Shown here one piece after another: positions 53,526 to 64,000 of a stretch of DNA of 64,000 nucleotides. Under the pieces are notes generated by a model that was not told where the DNA came from, did not search any database, and worked only from the letters and a program-made list of their open reading frames with translations. The DNA lies in the NCBI GenBank assembly GCA_036172245.1, contig JAYWIR010000001.1, positions 8,680,001 through 8,744,000 of the forward strand, in the 5' to 3' direction. Numbering within the stretch: the stretch's first letter is position 1; each line of letters opens with the position of its first letter. The translations under genes were made by a program, and so were the position numbers. The DNA is from Raillietiella orientalis. Its lineage: Eukaryota.

Positions 53526-54994
53526 CTAGTATCCCTTGCTAGCCAGTCTTCGATCTCTTTCTTCTGCAATGGTTAATTTGATGCCCTTACCTCGGGGCAA
53601 GGAAATATATGGACGAGTACCCTTTCCAATTATGAAAACGTAATTCAATCTGAAGCAAAAAGAAAAAACAAAAAATGTATGATGCATGCCCATTTTTGCT
53701 ATTCTTTCAAATTTGTTTTCTCCCTGGGTAATGCCTAACCTGCATTCAGGAAGGCGACCATAAAGAGAACTGTGCTGTTCTGCCCAATTTGAACCCACTA
53801 CTTTACAAATAGCAAGACTTCGATTGGGCAAAAAAGAAATAAAGCTAACCTGGTAGCAAAGGTATGACCATTGGCATCTTTCACATGGACAATATCAAAA
53901 GAACCTGGATGCCTCTCTCTGCTCACTACTGTACCCACTCTGCCTAAATTGTGTCCACCAGTTATCATACACAGATTTCCAGAATCAAACTTCAATGTAT
54001 CCAATATCTTTCCAGAAGCAATGTCTAACTGAACAGTATCATTGACCTTTATTATTGGATCTGGGTAGCGTATTGTGCGCCCATCATGAGTCACACAAAA
54101 CGGAATTCCTTTGGGACCTGTTTGTACTCTTTTTATCTTGCACAATTTATACTGAAGTAACAGCATTAAAGAAACTCCTCTCTACAGCATCTTACCTTCG
54201 CTTCTTCGGTAGTGATTTGATGGATTATGAATCGTCCCTTAACATCATATAAAAGGCGAAAATTTTCTCCAGTTTTCTGAATAGATATTACGTCTTTGGT
54301 ATAAACATTAAAAAAGGAAAGACAAAGTATTCACATTACCCATGAAACCTGAAGGATAATTTATATCCGTTCGCACTTTGCCATCAACACGAATAAGACG
54401 CTGATTAACGATTTTTTTGACTTCACTTCCATTCAGCGCATACTTTAAACGATTTCTTAAAAATATTATCAGAGGCAAAGACTCTCTAAGCTTGTGAGGG
54501 CCAGTGCTCGGTCTGGGTGCAAACACTCCACCCAACTTATCGAGCATCCAACTTTTGGGGGCATGAAGCCTCTTTAAATGCTTCTTAGGACCTCTAGCCT
54601 AATTACAAAAGACAATTTGTGATCAATAACTGTTGTTCACAAAACATAGAAGCTACTGAAAACAAGAAACTGAAAGGTCCATCAGCTGAAAAATTATCAC
54701 TTAGTAATCTCTGGTTAGTTTTCAGTTAGCTGACAGCATTACGTTGAAGTGGAACACAAAGTTATTTCCTAAACAATTTACATCTCGCACAAAATAATCA
54801 TATGAACACAGACAACAACATACACACAAAAATACACGGTGAACCGCAGTTCATTTAAGTACTTGGTGAGCATACTTCAAATTAAAACAAAGAAGAGATC
54901 ATTATATTCGTGTTCCCTAATTACTTTTTAAATTTCATGCTTTGATACATTAACACATAAATTGGTTACACACAGAACACTTCAAGCTTACCAT
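53526..54994 (-). CDS. RPS4: 40S ribosomal protein S4 (eS4)
   Basis: Exons 54994-54992 (ATG only), 54598-54340, 54293-54196, 54151-53850, 53649-53526. [39 protein letters not shown]...[12 protein letters not shown]...[14 protein letters not shown]...[16 protein letters not shown]. Confidence 0.98.
53711..53832 (-). ncRNA. Candidate box H/ACA snoRNA in the last RPS4 intron
   Basis: Hairpin 1 TGCCCAAT...ATTGGGCA, H box AGAACA (53781-53776), hairpin 2 TTCTC...GAGAA with internal loop, ACA at 53716-53714. About 120 nt, in an intron enlarged to 200 nt. Confidence 0.75.
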
Positions 54995-55465
54995 TTTCAG
55001 CAATCAGCCATCACGCATTACCGAACCGGAAATTGCTCGCAATCCGAATTGCTAGCACATCGAGAATGCAAATTAGTGAAAAACCATCGTGATCTAATGT
55101 GAATAAAATGCTTTCAAAAATTATTCTGCCTAACTATGTTTGCTAAGGTTCATAATTTTACAACGAATGAATTTTTTATGATTGAATATATGATTGAATT
55201 AATTTATTCATCTGTTCCTGCTACAAAGTTTCAGTTCTGTAAACCACATCGAAATTGCAATCTTTAATGCTTAATTTCCTTAGTAATTTCCTTCGTAAAA
55301 CATATAGTGTGTAATTGTTGATTGATTTAATCTATAATGTAATATAACTGATTACAAAATAACAGATCTAAATGTGTGATTTTTATTTTTCATTTTTTGC
55401 CTTGTTAATAGTGTTTAGCTCTTCAGAGGAAAATGGAAATCGAGTTTTCAACAAGAAACTGTGCA

Positions 55466-55492
55466 GCCCCGGCGTGACCGGGTGGCAACAAC
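55466..55492 (+). mobile_element. 27-nt extremely 5'-truncated retrotransposon insertion
   Basis: GCCCCGGCGTGACCGGGTGGCAACAAC flanked by AAACTGTGCA (55456-55465 and 55493-55502). Matches the terminus at 26493-26515. Confidence 0.8.
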
Positions 55493-58400
55493 AAACTGTG
55501 CAAGTTATTTAGAATTTAAAGTAAAGAGCTGCAATGTTTCAATTTGTTATTTTTTCTTACAATCTGCATTGATTCTTTTTCATAAATATATCGGTACTGT
55601 ATGTTCACAAATGCATTAGAAACAAAGTGTGCACTGACATTTGAAAAGGAAGAGGAATACAATTTTATAAAAACATAATGGAAAGATGACAATACAGATA
55701 TGACAGACACACATATATCTTTATGTGTCTAGTATTGTCTGAATATTATTTTTGATTCGATAAGTAAATAGTCTAACTGTTGAAAACACCGAATAATCCA
55801 AAGTAACCTAAAGAGACCTAATAGGCTGCTACACTCCAAATAAGCCGACCTATGATTCCTCACTAAATCAGCTGATGCCTGATAATCTTAAAGATGATGC
55901 GGCTCTAATGAATTGTTATGTTGCATCTTTCCTCATCAGAGAAGTCCAACTTTTCCTATGAAAAATTTCAACTTGTTTGTCAGCTTGTTCATAAGTGATA
56001 AGTGACTCATAAATGTACTATTTAGGAGGCATTTTAAAATATCGATGTCAAAACCAAGATGGATTCCACAAATAGGTAGGTAAGAAGCTTTAAATATTGT
56101 TTGGTTGCAAAGTCGCTCACTTCTCCAAACCTTAATTAACTTACTTGACTAGGCGTTCAAGCAATTAACTGAAAAATGAATGAATCCATTTGGTGCTCTA
56201 TAGTTTTCAACTTTCAGCTTTCAGCAGATATTTATTATATCAAAATTGATTTAAATTCTAGTGATGCAGAATGAATTCATGCGTTGCTCCATCTAAATAG
56301 AAAAATGATATTATTCGGTTTCATTTTCGTATCATTCGGATAATTATTTAAAGTACAGCAAGAGTGTAATTGATTGCATCTATTTCTATAAAACGATTGT
56401 TTTTTTAACCAAACATGCCTATGAATGGATGAATCAACTGATTTGTATGACACGATTCTTTTATTTTCTCTGTTAAGTTTCCTTGGTTTGAATTATCCGG
56501 TCGGTTAGAACACCTCAGTATTAAAGATAGTTTTTATTAGATAGATTTTTCCATTGAAGTCGTATGCCATTCTTGAGATTCTTGAAAATCTCTTAAGTTG
56601 AATTTTTGCGATTGGATTTTAAATTAAGATTCCTCACTTTTGTTTCTCAACCCCTCGGCTTTTGTCGTGGATAACGCCAAAAAATTTAACGGTAAATGAA
56701 ATCAAATGAGCCGAGAGCTAATTTTCTACGAATTAATTCAAGTCTTCATTGGAGATGCTTTAAGGACTCTTAGAAGAAATTTTCGTGATGAAGTCAATGT
56801 AATGTTTTATCAATACGACATAGATTGGCGAGAACTGAAACTTGCACGTGACTGATCCTAAAAATTTGGCTATGAATATGTTTGATTTAGAATCGAATTG
56901 AAAATCGACTGCGTTTCAAATCTAGTAGTTGAGTAAAACTCGTATTCATCATAGGTAACTTTCATTCATTCATCAAATTTAAATTCATTCCAGTTCAATA
57001 AAGTGTCTTAGTTTCTTCAGTACATGAAACTCAAAAGAAATGAAGGAGCATCAAATCTTAGAGATGAAACAGGATCGAAACGAAATGACTGAATAGATCG
57101 TTGGTAGTAAATCCAATGTTTATCTTACTAATAAATTTTTGACGTCACTGTAAGTTTGTGCATTAATTGCATATTCCTTAAAAAGTCTCACTTTTGAATC
57201 GTCCCTAAAACAGTTGTCCTTTCACGAATCCACTCGTTTGAGTACACTGAGACATGGGTACATTAAGCCATCATAAAACCGTTTTCTAAATGAACTGATG
57301 ATTATTCACTTTATTATATAATGCGAATCTCAGAATGGTCTCTAACGAAGTTAGTGAGAAATTTAGAATTATCCTTGCATATGAGATCATTTAAATAAAA
57401 ATTGCCATCAACGTTTATTGAAACAATAGTGCTCACTACTTCTAGGAACAAATACAAAATCATTTCTTTAAAAAAAGCTATAAAATGTTTTAATTCAGCT
57501 ACATGTTTTTGATTGTTTGTTGATTAGGAAAAGAAAACCCAATCATGATTACAATAGGAAAATACTGTGATTAGGATCAAACGAAAAAGAGGTGTGTCCT
57601 TAAGAACACTTGTGCTTGAAAAGAGGAAAACCTTTACATTAATATTTTAGTCGAGAAGTTCACTCAGCAATTAAATTGTCGACAAGCGGAATTTCGAAAC
57701 TCAGACACTCTCATGATCTAGAATTCACTCAGTAAGTTCATACGTTGTGTAGTATTTTGTCGAGTCATACCCTGCAGTTTCCAAGAGCATCATAAAAGGG
57801 AAAAAAAACTTCCTTTGAAAGGTTTCAATACCAATAAAACTGGTTTATACTGCGAGTGGTTAACGCTTAGATTGGAGTGTTTTGTTTGGATGTGGAGAAA
57901 AAAAAACTTTGAATTACTTCTGAATTTTTCACTCCTAATAGACGCACACAGTTTTCGTGACTTCACAGCAACGGAGTCACATGGTCTTGCTCTCCCCGTA
58001 ACTTAGAACTCAAAAACTTCCACTCCTTAAGTAGCCCATGTAGCAGACCTATAAACTTTCTGTAAGCATATTGAGCATTTGCTTTCATGCAAAATCTAAA
58101 CGACATGAAAGCTCGATTAAGAATTAGGAAATAATTTCGGCATTACCACTCTAAACAGACAATGCTTTTATGTTCTCCTAGAAGATTAATAACTCAATTA
58201 TAAACCGTGCCTGGAAAAAGTTCTGTTCTGATTCTGCGAGGGAACTCGAAAATCTCGAGATATAGGGGAGTCATTCAAATAGTAAAGAGAATCTTCAGTG
58301 GCGAATTGGTTGCATTAGACAAAAACTTCTCACCCAGAAATAAATTCCCCTGGAGAATCTGTTGATTACTCAGAAATACTGAAATGGCTAAGTCAATGCT

Positions 58401-60469
58401 CTCTTTCGCTGAAACAGAACAAATTCAGACAAAATTCTTTGTTTGAATCGAGTTGAGCCAACAGAAAGAAAGCATGGAATTATTCTACGAAATTAGAAGT
58501 ACCCATCTTTGTCGTGAAACAAATGCACTTCCATAACTGTCAAGAAATTCTCATAGCGCTCTTCATTTATGCTATCTAACACTACACAGAATACTGAGCT
58601 TTGAAGGTTTTTATCTTTCCAAGGCACTGACTTTTCTGTGCATAAGACAGTGTTAAATGCTTTTTGTAGACAACGGAGGGCGCATTTGTTTAAGGAATGA
58701 ATATCCTGGAACTGACAAAAATTGAACATGAGCATCCATGGGAGTGGGGCCTATATCACTGATAAGATTGTTTTCAGCATGCTCTCATACTCTATTAGCG
58801 AAAATCTCTATCTTTTCCACTGTTACTCAGTCTATAGAAGCGAATGTTCAAAAGCTGATGATTTTTTCAGTTTATTACGTATGCGGTCTGCAAATGAAAC
58901 TAAAATGAGGAAGAGGAGAAATAGTTGAATCCACATGTTCCATATTAGTCTCAGATTTCAGTCATCAGACTCTGGCATGTTATCTATGCCTCTAATTTTG
59001 TATTCCTAATTAAAAGGTAATATATTATATATTAATAATAAATAATTGTTATACAAAACATTTGGGGTTTAGTATAAATGAAAGAATATTTTGATTCTAC
59101 TTCTAAGATTTTTTATAAATAACATAGTTAAAATCAGGAATAAAATTAATATGATATATAATGAATAAATTGCAAGTCGATTAAAAACGCTTGAATTGAA
59201 CAAATCAATGAACTGTTGATTGAACACCTGGAATTCTAAAGTAGGTAGATTTGAGGAGACATTTGTCTAAAGAGAGCGTCTGCTTGATAGTATACGGATG
59301 CGGGTACCCGTATTCATAGGATTACATAGTATCACAGGATACATAGTATTATTTTCCATAATCTAAAACTGAACAGAGTTCCTACATGACAATTCTCAAG
59401 ATGAAAAAAAATATTAAAATGCTCACATGATATGCGATAATGATGATACAGTGCATGAATGTTGATGATAACGTATCAATACTGAAATAACCTGGAAGTA
59501 ACTTGAGAGACAAAACTTGAAAATTGAACAATTCAAAATTTTTTGATGGAAACTATACAAAATCATAATGAAACAATTCTCGTAATTTTCCGTTCTCGTT
59601 ATGAGAAATGCACATTTTAGTTGGAAAGGCAGACGAAAGTTTCAACACCTTTGCAAACTCTAAGGATGATTCAAAAACTAAACAAGGTTCTTAAGAATAG
59701 AAGCAATTTATGAATGCTACTAGGACATTACTAATCGTAGCTATTTATTATCATGAAATCTTCAATCAGTGTATCGAAAACACACGCACACAAGGAAATT
59801 TCAGAACATTTGCTTTTCCCAAATTACGTTCAGTCATGTCGGTGATATACAATTACTGCTCTTTGTGCCAGATAAATGACGTATGAATCGGTATCTTGGA
59901 AATGTAAATGGATTTTGGTTAGTGATTTTCGAGAATATAAAAAGACGTGAGACATTGTAAATGGGATGGAATGAGAGTTAAATCAACCATTTCCTTTGAA
60001 TGAAGAAATCAAGCAGTATATCATCAAATACTGTCAGGAGTCAAGATGCATTTTTTAAATATTTGCAAAAGCTTTAAGTATTGAATTTTATCAGCATGCA
60101 GAGGGAATTAAAAGATACTAACAGACAGATGATTAAAGTTCCTTTAGAAGTACTTTCATTGTCATTCACGAAAATTCTTTGAATGATCTGCGAAACTTGT
60201 AATCCAAAACTTGGATACTCATTCTCGATTCATTTACGAAGCATTTACAGCAAACTCTTAGCAAAAGGAAAGATTGCGCGATACTGAACCATGCCGATTT
60301 TCCCAGCTTTTTTGTGGGTAGTGAAGTCACTCACAAGAAGGTCCTCATTTAAAAGATTGTAGTGCGACAACTTTGTGAAGTCGATGTCCTTTCTTGGGAG
60401 AGGCCATCAGCTTCAGAAATGAAGTCGCTGCTTCGATAAATAATATTCAGAGATTTCATTATTTCCTCT

Positions 60470-61100
60470 TTCCGCACTAGGTGTGGACAGATATGCTTTC
60501 TCATTTTCTTTGTCGGTTTAATTTTTTGAATTCTTTGGTAGTCAGCAAAGAATTAATGCGCAGTGTTTTTTTTATAATCTGTTAATATCCAAAGAGCAAT
60601 AGCGTTTATTGTTTACAGTGAATAAAGACGAGTACCATGAAAAACCTTTATTGTGGTACAATCAAATGTGCTGCGTTGATGGTATTTTTTACTAATTTGG
60701 ATGCAGTATCTATGGATGTTAGAGTAAAACCTTAATGCATTTTTTGGTTGTGGAGCACACTTCTCTTTTTTGTGAGGAATCCAATATGTGGTCCGTGCTT
60801 TGTGCCTTTTGTAAAATGGATTGGATGAATCCATAGGAAGCATTCTTGACTTTAGAAGCCATAATTGCAACAAGAATATATGAATAATTTTGCAAATTAC
60901 CAGTCCAATTACATTTTTGAGACATGAAATACGAGAAAGGCTCTTTATCTTAAAACAAATTCCCCTTTCTTTAATACTACAAATTATGCTTGGCAGTTTT
61001 GCATATGCCACATCCCAATATTCTTCTGCGTGAATCAATATCCCATCAAAGTGAACTAATCCCAAATTGTGGGATGGATGCAGTTGATCACCCTTTTAAT
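60470..61100 (-). mobile_element. Decayed DNA transposon transposase, possibly piggyBac-like
   Basis: MGLVH....EEYW.....LP resembles the piggyBac MG...YW segment. Frameshifts throughout. Confidence 0.35.
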
Positions 61101-62238
61101 GTATACTGTAACAGAAGCACCAAAGCTCTGGGCACAACGATTCTGAATGCTATCATGAATACTACCAAACATGATTTTTCAATTAGACTGCAGTCAAAAA
61201 TCCCACGTTGACCTTGTTCAAAGTTTCCCGATTTTTTGTCATCAACACCACGCTCGTCATACCTTCGATATTCGCTTCATTTCTGTCATTTGCGTGTATG
61301 CGGCGCAACCCGTTTATCCGATACATTTTGGAAAACTTGGCCTGAAAATTCTCATGAATACTGAGGCGGAAAATGCAAAATTATGCTCTTTATAGGTGGA
61401 AGCCGATTTTTGTTACCATTCACTTGTCCTACTGAATATGCGTTTTGGTGACATGGTTAAGACTTGACTTTAATTCATGTTTGTACTACTATGATTCTTT
61501 TTGATGACTCTCAAAAAGTGCTTATTACTTGAATTGTTCGAAAAAAGCAACACATAAAAGCTGTTATGTGTTCTCAAATAAAGGTAGAATTCTTGAAATC
61601 TTTATTTCTTGTCAGCAACGTTGCCTTTCTGAACTAATTTTGAATATTGAAAGTCATCATCCGGATTCGAAATTATACGTGATGGCGAGGAAAACTAGTA
61701 GCATTTGCTTTTCAACAATCCAGCTTGAATCATGCAATTGTTGTCTGCCCTTAAATTATGGTACATGATCAAAGGAAAGAACCTTTACTCTTACATGATG
61801 TGGTTAAAGTGTTCTCAAGTTTCAATAACTTGTTTTGTATTTTCTCTACACTAATGTTGATCGTCACATTAAAAAACCGTTGGTACAGCTAATTACTTCA
61901 CCAATATTTTCACATGAACTCTCACTACCATGATTTGAAAAGTCTTATTTTCAAATTTGTTACAAACAGAAAAAAAGATCAAACAACAAGATTTTTCTTT
62001 ATCAATCATGCCATGGACAATAAGTTAGTTTTCACTCTTTCAGAATTAATTAAATATACTATATTCAGTTTATCACTTACATAGAAATAACAGGGTCAAC
62101 AAATGATCTGATAAGTCAGAGAACCAAAATGTGCACTGTTTGTGATGTCAGTGTAGTATTTGATTCATTGTTCATATTTATGAAACTCAACTCAATAATT
62201 CTGCAACTGATGTTTCTCATATATAATAAATGATTCTA

Positions 62239-63442
62239 TTAATATGCCACCTGTCCTTTCAATGACACAGGGAGTTTAAGCTCTTCTGGACCCAGCAAAT
62301 CCTGTAACCTAAGTTCCTGGGAACAATTCAGCTGAGATAATTTGGAAAGATCCAGAGGTACCATGGCAAACACTAGGTATGTAATATAAACTATACCTTT
62401 TGGCTTACCTGTTCTGCCTGTACTTGCACTACCAACTACACTGATAGTGACTGATCGTAAAGAGTTTCTTGGACCAGATTCTGCTGAGGAATGCCACTCT
62501 GCTGCTTCCTGAGGCTCCTTTTGTTCCAACTGGTGTTTCTTGCGGTGATTTTTGAGACTATGTGGTGTGATAAAAGCCTTAGAGCAGTTAGTTTCTGTGC
62601 ATAAGAAAGGACGCTCTCCAGTATGTAATCTCTTATGTACTTTAAGACGATGGCTAGCAGCAAATGCTTTGTTGCAGCCACTGTGTTCACAGCTGGTGGC
62701 ATCCATGCCAAAGTGGCAATAAGCTCTCTTACCGAAAAGGTTTTTCTCCTGTATGTGTACGTATATGTTTTCGAAGGTCACTGAGTGTTGTAAAGATCTT
62801 CACACAACCACTCTGATCACAGTTGAATGTCAGTCCAGTATGGATCCTTTGGTGTGCACGCAGCCTGCATTCATTCAGAGTTTATTCCACCTGCACAAGC
62901 ATTTTTCTACCTGTATAGTGTATTAAATGATTTCTTGCAGCCTCGAGCATCACATTCAAATGGCTTTTGCTGAGCATGAACTCTGACATGGATAGTTAAG
63001 CTGTACTTGGTAAGAAATGCCTTGCCACAGCCCTGCTCCTGACACACAAAAGTGTATTCTCCTCTGTGTGTTTTCTGATGAGTGCGTAAATTCCCTGCAG
63101 TGCTATAACTGCGATTGCAATCTTTGTAATTGCAGTGAAAACGTTTCATGCTTTGCTGTTCTCCTGGCACATCTTGGCTCATAACTGTGATACTTGCATG
63201 TTTTGGGGAATTCAGAATGAGCTCACTACTAGGATTAATTTGCATCTCAATAGCATTAGCACTAATGGTAGGTGATATGTAGCTGCCATATAAGTGACAC
63301 ACACTGCAGAGATCAAATTTGCAACCTTACCCATCTTCTTTATTTTGCCAGAACTGTTCATGGATCAGATCTTGAAAATAATTCGACTCCACCGGATAAC
63401 TGATCATTTTTGAAGACTCAAGGTTAATATTTGTGAAATCAT
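62239..63442 (-). CDS. MTF1: Metal-responsive transcription factor 1 (six C2H2 fingers); 5' end uncertain
   Basis: Exons 63442-63331, 63282-62911, 62864-62733, 62692-62239. [73 protein letters not shown] and AFAASH.LK are diagnostic MTF-1 fingers. Confidence 0.95.
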
Positions 63443-64000
63443 CTATAAAGGTCTTTCCTGTGCTTTTGGTTTTTGATAATCTGGGCAACTCTAATTCACA
63501 ACACATTTGCCACAGAAATTACCTTCCAGCTTGAACGTATAGTAAATCAAAATTTGAAAGAAAAACTTCAAATTATTTCTTATCAACAGTTAATGATTCT
63601 TTATCAACGGTATTTATCAACTCACTTTCCAGTATCGCAAAATTCAATAGAGCACACTTCAACTTAACCTAGTTTACAAATATGAGTACTCGATCTTCAC
63701 AAAATTTCACGTATACGACCGAAACTGTGGTATGCAAATCACTTTTCTTGCAAACTAATGGTCAAAAACAATGCATTTGACCTTTCCGGTTAATTAATTT
63801 TGAAACAAGGCAAAATGGGACGTTTACCGATATTTATCGGGCAGCAGGAGATAAAAATTTTAGTTCTTAAGATTACAACCTTATTTTGATCAAATTTATA
63901 TACGAATTTCCATGTGCATCGAGCCACGGTTCCCGCTTTCTGCCGTACTTTCGTTTGGCAGGTGCACCGAATTAGCAATCGACAAGAGCGATTTCCGTAG

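Noticed and set aside
59440-59485. ATGATGA...CTGA as a C/D snoRNA
   Set aside because: Too short, no terminal stem and no evident host intron.

Overview
Compact, AT-rich invertebrate (metazoan) genomic DNA with many 40-48 nt introns. The flanks carry conserved genes: WDR74/NSA1 (partial), ZC3H15, a Ki-67-like FHA protein with 13 x 23-aa repeats, LYSET/TMEM251, RPS4 (with a candidate intronic H/ACA snoRNA) and MTF-1. The centre (~19-45 kb) is a GC-rich pile of nested, decayed L1/Tx1-type non-LTR retrotransposons. Their diverged subfamilies share an unusual 3' end: AATAAA, a CCCGG-N5-CCGGG hairpin, then TG-N-CAA, with no poly(A) tail and 9-13 bp target-site duplications. One insertion upstream of RPS4 consists of only that 27-nt terminus. 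Also present: a candidate tRNA-headed SINE rich in cUUCGg hairpins, a 33-nt U2 snRNA 5' fragment and decayed DNA transposon remnants. All calls come from reading the sequence and recalling family motifs; no searches were run.
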